Shown here: positions 1 to 13,364 of the stretch, piece after piece | How the letters are laid out: the number at the start of each line of letters is the position of its first letter | How positions within the stretch are numbered: position 1 is the stretch's first letter | Position numbers and translations under genes: made by a program | Notes under the pieces: model-generated | Seen by the model: the letters and a program-made list of their open reading frames with translations, nothing else | What the model was told of the DNA's origin: nothing | Database searches by the model: none | Source: Gordius albopunctatus | Lineage: Eukaryota | Length of the DNA: 64,000 nt | Direction of reading: 5' to 3' | Assembly (NCBI GenBank): GCA_964276515.1 | Contig: OZ193909.1 | Span: 5,208,001-5,272,000 of the forward strand

Positions 1-2294
1 ATTATAGACTTGACCAACGATGTAAACTATTAGTCAAACCATATATGTAACTTTTTGGAATTTAAACGGATTTGTAGCTCACTAGAGTATAACTAGTTAT
101 ATTTTGGGTAAAACTGGTTAAAACATTTTAAACCGTTTGCAAACGTTATTATCTTAGGTACGTGGAGAATTATAACGTTCAACTCCTGACGGCCCTGAAC
201 GCTGACGAAATTGGGAAGAAAAAGAAATTAGCTCAACGCTTGCAATCCCTTCACTCCGTCATGAAGGGAGAAATTTGAAGATATATTTATTTTTTCCTGC
301 AAAGATATACCCTTTCTCACCGATTAATACGGTGATCCGACGATTTTTTGGCTTTTTGATGCAAAATGATGACTTAACTAATTTGGAAAAAGCAAAAGCC
401 TTCAAACAACCTTCATTTCATAGAAAAGTTCGGGAATTAAAACACGAGATTTTTTGGACTTTTTTTTTAAATCCCATGAGGTTGTGGCACTCTTAACGAG
501 GCGAAATTGAAAACAGTCCGAAAATCCTAGCAATTATAGTATCCCTTTTTAAAGAGACAAGCCAACTTCTCCGTTATTGTCTCGAAAGTATTACTTCGTT
601 TTGTGATATTACCACACACACACACACACACACCACTCATATACAACCATATCTCACAAATCAATCGCTCCGCATTATGATCTTGTTATATAAAATATAC
701 GCGCGACGGCATTTTTAGACAGCTGCCCCAAAATAGCATCTTTTATCATCGTTGCTTTTATATTAATTTTATGATCGCACTGCATTCAGCAACGGCTTTT
801 CAGTCGTGTTTTTATATATTTGATTGCATTTCGTTTTATATAACGCGATTATTTGACATTTTGCCCTCTTTTTTATGACGGAGAGTTTTGAACTCAATGA
901 TTTTTTGTTTCACGCCATGCCAAATATGTTGCAAATAGAGACTTTTATATGGCATATATTATATTGTATTAAACATCTTAATCAAAATTGTCATTTTTTG
1001 TATATATTAGATTTAATAAATTTTACAAAACCATCGGAAACAACTTTTTATGTTAGAGTAATAAAATAGCCCAATCAAAGGCTACTAAAAATATTGGCGC
1101 CCTCTGACTAACTTTTTTCTACCATTTTACAAAAAAGTATCAATGACAATAATTCCTTTAGATCTTGAAAATATCTGCGGGTTAAAAATAGCTCGGAAAA
1201 TGCACCGAGTTTTTTATGTAAAATTTAATATTAATATGATTCGTCTGTTTTTCATTTTACCTTGTTTAAATAAATAAAACTCAGCATTTATAAATCAGCT
1301 AATATAAATTAAGCTTAGATCACAATTTAAAAATTGTATGAGCGCGGTGAAAATTTAAATTTTAGAGTTATTTGAATCGATGCACGACTTTTAAGCAATG
1401 TCGAAAATAGAATTTCGTGTCATCTTCTCGATAAAAATTCAATTTTTTATTTATCCTTGATAATTTTTTAACAAATTTTGTCATGTACCTAATAAATAAT
1501 TCGATGTCATAAAAAGTGAATGAAAGTTTAGTATATTTAAAATCTGGCACAGTTCCGTATATTGTCAGCATAATAGATGAAAAAAATAATTATTTGCACC
1601 CATAGACTTGATAGGCTCATCAATGTTAAATAAGTATACCGTTTTTCCTCCATTTTTATATGTGCAAAAATAAGGAAAGGTTGTGTAGATTATAGTGAAT
1701 TCGGTTAAAACTTAGTGGAAAAAATTTGTATCATTTCCGCAATTCATGAAAGATAATATAATGTTAAAGCAATTTAGTGCTATCTGCAATTTATTAAATA
1801 AACATTCTTTTCTATTTATTCACTAATGAGGAATGTAAATTCATTATTTCTGTTTAAATAAGGCGACACTGCATAAAGACAAAAGAGATTGTCAAAAGAT
1901 GGTGGTGGTTTACTAGTATAGATTTTACCATATAAAACATATGACATGACCAGTCTATGTTTGCACCTAATGTTTTTTTTCTTTCGCTAAACCCTTTTAA
2001 CTTTTTGGCTAGCTACATCGCAATATTTATATTAATTCGCTCTAAATTATTATTATCAAAAAAATGTATTGTTGGCTGGATTGGCACTAATCATTTTGCT
2101 AGGTTATTTTAGATTCATTAAAATGAATCTTTAACAATGAATCATTTTTAAATTTAATCTCCCAAACACCTCGCAAGCCTTCAATGTAGAACCACAAAAA
2201 TTTAAAAATATTTAATTCATTTAAAATATATAAAAATATATATAAAAGGTCGAAACAATTTTAAAAAAAAGTTTTTTCCCCAAATTTCAACACA

Positions 2295-4738
2295 TCAAGA
2301 AGCGCTAACAAATCTGATTTCATCGGGTTCGGGCAGCCTATAACTTTTAATCCTTTTCCATTCACCGGTCTGGTAATTCATTTGGAAAAATATTTGGGCA
2401 ATCAAGATTCTTTTAGTTGGTGGCAAGGTTTCCAATTGAGATGGAATCAGGACTTCTTCAACGTTTTCGCTCAATTTAATGGACAAAGTTTCACCCTGGT
2501 TCGGGCAAGGATTTTCTGTCATATTCAAATCATATAATGTATCACGTGTGTAGAAAAAATCTACAAAATTTTGTAAGGCTTCAACTTGTGCTCGCTCTTC
2601 TTTACCAAATATTTTTAAATAACATTCTGACTGATCATAATATTATCGCCCAATATCCATCCTAAACCAAACTACCAATGCAATATTTAAATGCCACTTG
2701 CTCAAATTAGGGCATACAATATACAAACTTAAAATTGCTAATACAAAAAATAAAATTAGTAAAAACAATAATTTTATGGGTTATTTTTTATCAAAAACTG
2801 ATCAATTTTTTAGATAGACCACAAAACAGAATATTATATAAAGTTTAATTTGGACAATTTATGTGTCAAATTTGAATATTTTTATATAAAATTTAATAAC
2901 ATATAAATTAAAAACATAAACTGCTTATCAATTAATAGTATAGTAAGTGTCAAAAGACACATTTGTATTAATATCTGGCGATATGAAGATATAAATAACT
3001 ACCTCTTAGGCCAGACATAAATCCTAGTATTAATGACTTTTCTGGAGCTGTAACTCTATTGGCATCTTGAAATATTTCTTGAGCTTGAATTATCTGTTCT
3101 TGCTGTATAAAATTATGACTTACATTAGAGATAAATAAATAGATTTATTCAAAAATGTTGATGAAAACAATATTTGCAACAACTGCCTATACAATAATTA
3201 AAATGAATTTGTCAAAATCTATTTCTAAATTTATTATTGCTACAACATTAAAAAATTAATTTAAACACTAACTGATAATTGAACAGTGCCAGGGTAATTC
3301 ATTTTTAGGGCTGGATTTGAAAAATCTTGAAAAGAAGTTGAAGTGTTTTGTGGATGTGTGGCATTCATATATGGAGATTGAGGAGGCAAAGGGTTGTTGG
3401 CTGGTGCTTCTGTTAGTTGGCCATCATAAGCTAAAATTGTGTAGTTATAGTAAAAGAAACATCACATTGAATTTGCAATATTTAAAAAGGAAATAGTTAT
3501 AATTTTAATTTAATAAATAGGAGATTTATTTATTAAAACATAAAAAATAATAAATTTATTATGTATTACTTAGCAAATTTGGTTGAGGATAAGGCCCTTT
3601 GTTTACTAAGCCCTATTAAAGCATAAAATTTAAATAAAATTAATAATACCATATGGCTAAATGTGTATGCCTGTGACATTTCTGTATCTTTAACATTTGA
3701 TGGCAAAGAGTGAATAGGATCATCTACAGTTGTTATTTATAAACTAAATTTTTAAATACCTATTTTCCTCCTTTTCTTGGTATCCTTGTTAGCTAAAGGT
3801 TGTTCAGATAAATCTAAAAGCTAGAAGAAAATAATAGCACTAAAATGGTTATAAAACCTTAATTCTGCCACTTTCTTTCTTCACGGTCTTGATTATTCCT
3901 AATTTATTATTGCCTATAGCATGAGAATCTCTGGTATTATTAGCTAAAGCATTTACTTTATGATTTTTAAACTATAAATTTCAATAATATATATACTATG
4001 TTCAATTTTATTAGATAATTTTTCTTTGAAGGGAATCAAAGAAGCCATAGGGTTTTTTGATTTTCCTTGAATTAAAGCTTCGGATGCTAAAAAAATTAAA
4101 AAGATATAATTAATATCAAACATTTCTGCAAAAGCTCAGCCCGAAGAATGGCAGATTTTGGTTTCCTTTTGAGAGCAAAATACTTTATAGGATTGGATTG
4201 AAAGCCAGTAAGGGTGTAAAGTGCATTTTTGCTCAGGTAAGCACTTTCCAATGGCAATAATGAATTTGTAATTGTATTATTTACATTTTCAACTTAATAT
4301 AAATGGTATTACGTGAAAATTTACATTTACCATCATTCACTAATGTTGAAAAAAAATCTAGGAAGTTAGAGTCATTAGAATCTATACAGCCTGTTTTGGG
4401 GTAATCTTTTAGGAGATTAGCTAAAGATTTGCACCATGAATCAGAGCACACAGAAGCTACATTTACGAGTTCCTGTAATTCTGCTTGCCACTAAATTAGT
4501 ATAAAATTAAAAAACAATAATATTAAACTTCTTCGACATTTCGCCGAGATAGATGCAATATCGATAATAGAAGCCTCATTTTAACTTGTGGTTGAAAACT
4601 TTCAAAGTTTTGAGACGCTTTAATTATAACATTGGCATTAAGATGGGGGCATATAATTTTTCCCGACCAGTGATCATCCGATTGTCCTAGTTTATTGTGC
4701 AACCATAGATTTATATCTGCGTCTCGAATAGAAGACAT
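2295..4738 (-). CDS. NELFA: Negative elongation factor A (NELF-A/WHSC2), 11 exons: 4738-4529, 4490-4331, 4292-4122, 4086-3997, 3955-3858, 3820-3760, 3723-3650, 3612-3570, 3430-3273, 3102-3003, 2515-2295 (~461 aa)
   Basis: The spliced frame is continuous across GT-AG junctions. Motifs match recalled NELF-A blocks: MSSIRDADINLWLHNKLG, LLPLESAYLSKNAL, FALKRKPKSAILRAELLQK, IKLLDLSEQPL..KKRRK, QAQEIFQDANRVTAPEKSLILGFMSGLRENPCP..IKLSE..FQMNYQTGEWKRIK. The intron 4 acceptor could instead be 3944. The low-complexity middle exons are less certain. Confidence 0.95.
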
Positions 4739-5187
4739 TTTTATATACCAATTTAAAATAATAATTAAGTAAACATATGATTTTTACTGCCCCATCAACT
4801 CGCCGAAAGTCATCTTGCCGAATTCACCCTGCGACATTAACGACCATTCTCATAGACTAATAATCGCTCCTGCTCATCCCGATTATAATGCAGCTCAACT
4901 ACGCTTATGTGACATATACTCTAAAGTTAGATTAACGAATTTGTCAAATCCTATTGTGAAATTATACTATTTTTAAATATGAAATAACTGCTAAAGAATT
5001 AAAATAATCATTCTGCTTCTTTCATATTTACAGTATTTATTTTGAGCTCAACAAATTTATTCTTGATAGCATATTGGGTATCATTTTAATTTATTTAATG
5101 AATTTCTTATGGCTCTTATGTAAGTGTTGTTTGGTCCGGTAAAGATGAATGAAGAATGTCTTTGTCAATTTTATGTTCAAGGGCTTC

Positions 5188-5797
5188 TGTAACGTCCGGG
5201 TTGGAGTGATAGTTTCAGGAGATTTTAGCTCTTAATCCCGGTCGTAAAATATTGATGCCTTAGATGTTTTCGGTTATATTGAGAGTGAACGTAGTCCAGA
5301 ATCAATTGACAATAAGTGAATTTTATTTGATCTTTATATTCGATACAAGTCACGTCATAGGATACAATTAGCGTGGAAATTATAATTACCTTAGGGATTG
5401 TAGCAGGGAAGGGAATTTCGTAAAACTTCGTAAAGCGATGAAGAAATATATATATTATTTTTTCTAACTGGAAACAGGGTCTTTTTATAATGCCCAAGTT
5501 TCCTAACCCCAGCCTGTTCCTTATAAGGAAAATGCTATTAAATTAAACCCCGGCCTCATTTTTTTAGCTTATCTACCTTTTTTATCTTCTTGAACTACCC
5601 CTTTTCCGGCCTCATTTTAAGCTTATCTACTGTACTAGAACTTTTTCCGGTCTGATTTTAAGCTTATCTGCTCTTACATCTTTCTGAAGTGCTTAATCTT
5701 GACCGCTCTCCCCGCTATGAGGATACAATATTCCATCCCCTGCATATGAATATTCTCCCCTTCTACTACACCTGCTCCCTTAAGTCTTGAGGATACA
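5188..5797. mobile_element. Possible solo-LTR-like insertion
   Basis: Starts TGTAACGTCC and ends GAGGATACA (TG..CA). It is richer in GC than its flanks and has three internal CCGGYCT..AGCTTATCT repeats. No TSD found. Confidence 0.3.
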
Positions 5798-6335
5798 ACA
5801 AGTGTCTTCCTTGCAAAAATGATATAAGTTTATCACGTGCAATAATTTTAATTATATAACAGATCTTGGTAAAACTCTCTTGCTAGCATATTGGGTATCA
5901 TTATAATTTTAATAAATTTCTTATAATTATTTTGTAAGTGTCTTCTTTGCAAAAAGAATGATATACGTTTAACGGTGCAATAGTTTTATAATTGGCCTTG
6001 GTGAAATTCCTTTTATAATAATTAATCCCTCAATGAATTCTTAGCGTGTAGTGTTTTTAGTCTGTGTAGTTAGAGCATACTTTCCTTCAAGTACAATATT
6101 TATAGTTTTTTAGGTCATGAAGCAACTCATTTTCTACACCTAATCATAACACAACCATCAAAGCATAAAACATTATAATAGCTCACAGAAATGAATAAAA
6201 AGTCTTAAAAATCTGAAGAAATATATATATTAAAGGAAAAATAACAACTTAATTTATCCACCTCTTTATTTTGCTTATCCTCCAAAAAAGTCATTTTAAG
6301 CATTTCAATATAATATGTTGTTGATTTATATCCTA

Positions 6336-6366
6336 CTAGCTGTGCCCGACCAAGCGTTGCTTTGGC
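6336..6366 (-). mobile_element. Helitron 3' terminus (hairpin + CTAG)
   Basis: Minus strand reads GCCAAAGC-AAC-GCTTGGTC hairpin, a short spacer, then CTAG|T. Same layout as the termini at 18701 and 61001. Confidence 0.7.
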
Positions 6367-7025
6367 TTAGTCCTTAATTAGCTAAATAGTTAGTTTGAAT
6401 TAACAAAACATTTATAAAAAATTTTAAGTCAATCGTTTATGATGTAAAAAATATAGGAAAAGGCCTACTTACTCATAATTAAATAGATTTGTAATAGTTA
6501 CACGTATAAGGTATTTGTTAATTTTATATGTTGAAAAGTGCGATGTTAACGATAATATGCATAGTTGGGTAACAAAAATTTATAAACCACTGCAATGGTG
6601 TATCGAAGTTAGTTATAATGTTAGACAATGTATAGAAAATATTTTAGTACAGAGTTTATAGTAGTGTAATGCCATAGCCTAAAATCTATAGTATCAAAAT
6701 GAAGAGATATTAAAAGATCTCCTTCAAATTTGGTTAAATGAAGGCTTTTATAATATTTGGTTGAACATAGAAATAATTAGAAATTATACAAATTTCCGCG
6801 AGTATAATGGAAGAGAAATATTTATGTATGAGAAAAAAGTTAGAAATATAGTTATATATCGTTATATCTAGTAAAGCATTGATCAGGTGAAGGTTTTATA
6901 GGTGAGGTATGATTATAATAAAAACCAGTATAAAGATAATGACTTAAAAAGTATAAAGTTAAATAATTGGTATAATAATTTTAGACATGCAAGTGTAGTT
7001 AAAGTTTAAAAAGGGACTATATTTA

Positions 7026-7572
7026 TGTTTTAGTTGGGTACTACATGATTGATCTCATCGATTAATTACGCCTAGTACGGGGCATTGATTCTGTGAACTC
7101 ACACACACAAAACCCCCCTCATCATCTCTCTCTTATTTATTAAAGTATACGCATCCTTAAGGTATACGCGTAGTCCCTCTCCCCCTATTGATCTCTACGC
7201 GATATATTATAGTGAGATTCTAATACGAGTATTCCCATCATTATTTAGCTCGTATTTATTTGTAACGCGTAGTAATACATCACATGATAGATATCAATCG
7301 CATATATATTTCTTTGTTAGAATTAATATCAATTATTTTCTCATCGCTCGCGGAAATATTGGGACTGCACATATAATCTTCTTGTGAGAGTTAAATGAAA
7401 TAAATAATTCGAATTAAATGAAATAATAAATTGGGGTTCTAAATATGATTATAATCCTAAACTATAAGGTAAGACTTAAACCCATAATTTTTGAGTAACG
7501 AAGAATAGATATAATTAACGTAACCATAATGTAATAATAATCCTATGTTTTATTTTATATTTCTTATTTACA
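7026..7572 (+). mobile_element. Solo LTR with 5-bp TSD
   Basis: TG(7026)...CA(7572) flanked on both sides by ATTTA. Sequence is homologous in inverted orientation to LTR pieces at 11022-11389 and 12799-12930. Confidence 0.8.
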
Positions 7573-7579
7573 ATTTATA

Positions 7580-7725
7580 AGGGTAGCGCCAGCATTATGA
7601 TTTAGGCACAAGTAAAATGATAATTTTTTGAAATGTTAACTATAATTTTAATGAATTTAAAAAATTGATTTGGATGGGAGGGGGGGGGCAGCCACCCCTC
7701 CCTGCCTCCCTCTGGGTACCCCTAT
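7580..7725. mobile_element. Degenerate ~150-bp MITE (CATGGGCGTAGCC-TIR family)
   Basis: Internal sequence (GGCAAAATGAT..TTGGAT..GGGGGCAGCCACCCCTCCCTGCC) matches copies at 46982, 56303, 58079 and 59732; the ends are eroded. Confidence 0.6.
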
Positions 7726-7752
7726 TGGTATATTAATATTTTGATTGTACAT

Positions 7753-8842
7753 TAGAGAACTGCACGGATGACCCGACCAGACCCGGACCCCACCTCGGGT
7801 CGAGTTCGGGTAGAAAATTTGAAAATGCTTTCGGGTCGGGTTCGGGTTGAAAATTTTTAAATGCTTTCGGGTCGGGTCAAATTTTTAGAGTCGGGTCCAA
7901 GTTTATACATTGTAAAAAACACGCGAGACCTATTTTTTTCTAACAAAAAATATAATATAAATTGTATATATAAATCATATATTTTATATATATATAAATA
8001 AGCTTACTATTTTGCAAATTTTAGGACTTTTTGCCAGCTGTCCATTTCGCCAGAGGGCTGGATTTCCTCTTTTTTAAATTTTAAAACTCCGAACTCTGAA
8101 GTGCTAGCTAATTCTCATCACTAATTCAAACTACATAAATTACTCCTGTTTTTAATTTGACTATTAAAAGATAAATTATTTCAATAAAGTTATATTTTAA
8201 ATTTTTTTTAGTGTTAATCGTGAAGATTTAGCTACTCCTCATCATTAATTTAAATTACATTTAATACATATTCAAAGATAACTTAAAAGTAAGTTATAAT
8301 TTTAATTAATATGGTATAATAACTTGTTTATTTATAAAATATTTTAAATCATGTGGATGTGAGATATTTTACCCTAAGACAATATATCTTAACAATGATT
8401 TGATATTAAATAGTTGCCTATAAAATCTATAACACATGAGTATTTAACTTAATATTAGATAGTATAAATTAGTAAATATATATTAGTTTGTTATATAATT
8501 ATATAAGTACGGGTATGTTATTAATATTTATTAATTAGACTTATATAATTTTAGTCTTGCAAATCGTTTGAAAAATTCTGTGCAGGGGTATGTTGAGACC
8601 TGGTGGAATAGTCGGCTAAAGATGTTAGAATCCGTTCTAAATAATTATCAAAGGATCGAAGATCTGTTGATGGACATGGGGGAGTTTCACAGCAAGAAAA
8701 TCTTATTTGACGATTTAATTTTACACAGCAATTTTCGCGCTCGAAAGTAATTTGTTTTAATAATTTTTCGGGTTGGGTTCGGGTAGAAAATTTAAAAATT
8801 ATTTCGGGTTCGGGTTAAAAAAAGTGACTTTGCAGTTCTCTA
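7753..8842 (+). mobile_element. Internally deleted hAT transposon
   Basis: TIR TAGAGAACTGCA...TGCAGTTCTCTA, perfect 8-bp TSD TTGTACAT, subterminal TCGGG repeats, transposase relic inside. Confidence 0.92.
8555..8750 (+). pseudogene. hAT transposase fragment
   Basis: YVETWWNSRLKMLESVL resembles the hAT (V)xTRWNSxxxML motif and lies within the TIR/TSD-bounded element. Confidence 0.75.
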
Positions 8843-9149
8843 TTGTACATATACGGTTTTCACTTTACCTGAGAGATGTTAAGATATGCCCGACCCGTCG
8901 AGCCAGGTCCAGGCTTGGTTTCGGACGGCCAAAAGAAAACTATGCTTAAATTTACCTAAAAATAAGTTTGAATAAGAATAAAACTGGGAGATTGATATGG
9001 TTGGTGCGGAAGAAACATATTGGTATTAGTAGATAGGCTAAAATGAAGATATATACAGCTATACCTGTTATGGAGTTATAAAATTTAAAAGTGCACATGT
9101 CCAGTCAAAATTGTGGCTTCTTCAACGTTGCACATCAAGTGTTTAACAG

Positions 9150-9830
9150 CAGATCACAAACGTGGGAATGTGCAAATATTACTTTAATTATATTAAATAT
9201 ATGGATTTTAAATATGATGAACTTACCTTATCCTGTCACAGATCACAAACGTGGGAATGTGCAAATTTAAATATGATGAAATTTCTTATGAATTCTTATT
9301 AAATTGAACTTAAGCCTTACAATTAAAAATTAAGAAACATGAAATTAGCATTTAAGATAGCAATGCATTGCCATGAAAATTAAATTATATTAAATATATG
9401 GATTTTAAATATGATGAACTTTCCTATGAATTGTTATTAAATTGAATTAGGCCTTAAAATTAAAAAGATATAAACATGAAATTAGCATTTAAGATGGATT
9501 TTAAATAGGATGAACTTGCCTTATCCTGTCACAGATCACAAACGTGGGAATGTGCAAATATTACTTTAATTGTATTAAATATATGGATTCCTGTCACAGA
9601 TCACAAACGTGGGAATGTGCAAATATTACTTTAATTATATTAAATATATGGATTCTAAATATCATGAACTAACCTTATCCTGTCACAGATCACAAACGTG
9701 GGAATGTGCAAATTTAAATATGATGAACTTTCTTATGAATTGTTAATAAATTGACTTAAACCTTACAATTAAAAAGATATAAACATGAAATTAGCATTTA
9801 AGATGGATTTTAAATATGGTGAATTTTATA
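9150..9830. repeat. Modular tandem repeat
   Basis: Five copies of CAGATCACAAACGTGGGAATGTGCAAAT (9150, 9239, 9532, 9597, 9686) interleaved with shuffled AT-rich modules (TTTAAATATGATGAAC, AAACATGAAATTAGCATTTAAGAT). Confidence 0.9.
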
Positions 9831-11021
9831 AAAAACGTAATATGAATAATCCGCTAGATGGCGGTATAGACTACCGAAAAACAGGGTTTTCGCTGTCGCA
9901 GGTTGATAAAAAGTATCTATCTATTAGTACTGCCAAAACTTTTTCGTGCTAATTTGACTTTTTATTTAATATCTAGTTGTATCTGGATTATGTTATGCTA
10001 CCCCGCTTTCCAAATTGATTTATTAATTAATGAAATCTATGGCGGATATCTTAAAGATCATAGTTTTCTGTACTTTAGAAAAGCTCGTAACAAACTAAGA
10101 AAAATAAACACAAGCAATTCGTTATTAAAAAATTATAGGGTTATTGCCTTCTACACAATAGTTTATCTTGTTTCAATTCATAAACCCCTATAAATTAGAA
10201 TCTTGTGTTTACTATTTAAACATTGGTACATAAAATAATATTAGTTGCAATTATTTTATAAACAAGAACTTAATTATTCTATAAAAAGAGCAACTTGACA
10301 TAATTAGCCCTTAAAAGTATAATATGCGTAAATATAAACTAATTATTTATCATTTTCATGTAGGAATAGCATAATGCCCGGAAAAAACGTTGAGAGAAAT
10401 TTTATTTTGTGTTTTTAATAATTGAGTTTAGATTAACAAACATCTCATAACGTTTATAAGTATCAAGGGTTATTTACATGTGATTAAAAAGGATATTCAC
10501 TATCAATTTGAATTTTATTAATTCTTGACTAGCGATAAATAAAAAGTATGATTTAGCGGAAAAATTATAAAATAAAGCTTTATTGCGACACAAGTCATTT
10601 TATCTCAATTTAATATAAATATAATTTAAATATGTAAACTCACACCCCCCCCCTTAATATCAATAATAGTAGCAAAACTCTGCCGGCCATGGTGGTGGGA
10701 GTACTTTGCTAAGCATTCCACGAGGAAAATATTTGAAAATGTTTTTGCTGAAATTTGTTTAATCCTATCGTAATTAGCCAATGGGAAAAATTATCTATGG
10801 CAGTGAATAGATATCTATATCGTAAACATTGTCGGAACCATGAACTTATGCCACGGCTGATACTTGGTAAGAGTTTAGTGATTCGTTTAGGTTTTATCCT
10901 AATGCACGGATGAATCAGTGGACTTGATAAAAATTCTTCTATACATAATTTTTTCCATTTTTAAGGGCTTTGGTTATGTTATTAGCTTAATATATATTCT
11001 AAAACTAAATATTGAAATTTA

Positions 11022-12930
11022 ATTCGTTACTCAATCATTATTATCTTTAAGTCTTACCTTATATTTTAGGATTATAATCATCTTTAGAAATCCAATTTAT
11101 TTCATTTTATTCGAATTATTACGCGACTTAATTAATACGTTGCCCACAAAAATATCACGCGCGATGGTAAGCGATTGAAGGAAGAATCAAGTCAGAAAAG
11201 ATTGAATATATTCTTAGAACAAAAGAAACGCGGAGGGAGATATATGTAGGGAGACACGTGATCACAACATGGAAACACGCGTATGTATTACTACGCGTCT
11301 ACATTAATATGCGTCTCACAAATCAATGAGAGAGATGATGAGGGGGGGGGGACACGCGTGTGAGGCATCTGTATTAAGTAACTACAACACCATACCCTTC
11401 AAGATAACCTCATCCGACCCGTTTGTTGATTCTTTCAGGACGGTCGTCGGATTTGAGTTCTTGTCCGCATTAAGTTTCCACATGTCCCTTGTTCGAGTGT
11501 ACGTATCGATTTTCATTGAACGAATCCAGGATCGTTTTTCTGGTTCGACCTTCCAATTGGTCTTTTCGATCTGATTTCGTCGTTGACCGTAAAAAATTGA
11601 ATCGCACCATACCCTTCAAGCTTGCTAGGGGGAAGTGGAATTTTTGACAATATATCCGGGCGTCGTTGGGTTGTGGATACTTTACCCATTCGTTTTCGTT
11701 AACGCAACCCAAAATAGCTTTTTTGATTGTCCTCATAGAGCGAAACAGAAACATCTTCGCCACTCTAAGTCGTTCAAGCTGCTTCTCCATAAGAGCTGCT
11801 AGCCTCTCGACACAAAGCGTACGATATTTCCATTAAATTAAGGTGACGTCGCTATACCACACATCAGCTATCAGCGCCGACATATGCACCATCAACATCA
11901 CTAAGTTTAAAAAGTGTCACAGGCGTATCTCGCAAAAATGCAACTCCGCCTACCATAATCACCTGGGAGCTATGAACTCCATAACGGTAATCTTGGGCCT
12001 GACAACGATGGTATTACCTCCCTTCGAGTACATGCGAGGTAATTAACTCCAAAAAATTAAATCAAGTATGCGCAGGGGCAATTTGCCCACCCAGGAAACT
12101 CGACCTCATCAAACCTAATTAAAGGTGATACGGCATATAGCCAACAAAAAACAGGTCATAACAGGCATTAAGCCTCCGAATTAATAAAAAGCGTCAGAGA
12201 CGCCGCACCCGTAGGCGCCACACCCGAAGGTGTAACGACGATCATCGTCGTACATAATATCATCATCGCATCATCTTGTCCACCCGCCTTATTCCGATCA
12301 TCAAGCAGGTACCGACAGAATTTTACAGAACCGCAATAGCGTCCCACAGCACCGGAATCACATACCCTCGGCGCTCTATTATCGCACTGTCAGATACCAG
12401 CTGATCAATCAAGGACCATGACGGATAGCGACTGACGGTCACATGCGCGTCAATCATATTCATAAATAAAAATGAATACCATGCGAAAAAAGGCAAAAAG
12501 CGAAAAAAATTGAAGGAATAAAACATGCATTATGAAAATGTTTACCTTCGCGCGATTCTATTGGGACTTAAGCACTAATTTATTAAATTTTAAAAGTACT
12601 GCCAAACTGATCTTATTAGATCAAATATAACCCCAAAATTTACGTTACAATAACTAAAAAAACATTTTAGTCTAAATTTAAATCTCAAAATATTACTTTT
12701 AACCCTAATCTAAAAATATAAAATCCAAAATATTATCATCTTTCTAATAAAACTTTTAAGCTATAAATTATTTGAGTATCGTTTGGTTCTGACACCACTG
12801 TTAGAAAGATAAAATAAGGATAGGATTATTATTTAGATTATTATTATATTATGGTTACGTTATTTGTATTTATTCTTCGTTACTCAATTATTACGGTCCT
12901 TAAGTCTTACCTTATATTTTCGGATTATAA
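11022..12930 (-). mobile_element. Deleted non-autonomous LTR retrotransposon (same LTR family as 7026-7572)
   Basis: On the minus strand: 5' LTR remnant ending ...TCTAACA at 12799; PBS TGGTGTCAGAA at 12797-12787 (complement of a tRNA-Leu-type 3' end); ~1.4 kb internal region with no pol motifs; purine-rich GAAGGGTATGG directly before the 3' LTR start TGTTGTAG at 11389. Confidence 0.75.
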
Positions 12931-13364
12931 CTACCAAAATTTTTTTTTTAAAAACTCAACTAATAAAACTGGCAACAGAATTAATGAGCTGCCATTATTA
13001 TCACATGGCCATAGAAGCATATAATTTATTTGGGGACACCACCTTGAAAAAGTTATGTAATAACAATGTACATTATAAGAACGTATTATATAAAAAAATA
13101 CAAATGTCACACGTATGGGGGCGATGTGGGATCAAATAAGTCAGACAAATTATCATAAGAAAATTGGTTTGTCTTATTATATATACACTAAAAATAGTGG
13201 GTTCATAAAATCCATGACGATAAAATTCGTGCCCCATTTCAATATATAAAATGTATAAGTCTAATATTTATTTTTAATAATATTAAATTAATCTTATAAA
13301 TAAATAATACATATTTCTACTTATATTCTAACTTTCCTGGCGTCATTATTGTATATGATGTTAT

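Noticed and set aside
275..1571. Short ORFs at the window start and a possible TTAA-flanked element end at ~480-496
   Set aside because: The ORFs are AT-biased with no motifs, and no partner TIR is present in the window.
3972..3996. 25-nt intron in NELF-A
   Set aside because: Using the AG at 3972 gives an immediate in-frame stop; acceptors at 3956 or 3944 keep the frame.
9150..9830. CRISPR-like 28-nt repeat
   Set aside because: Spacing is irregular, spacers are reused and the context is eukaryotic.
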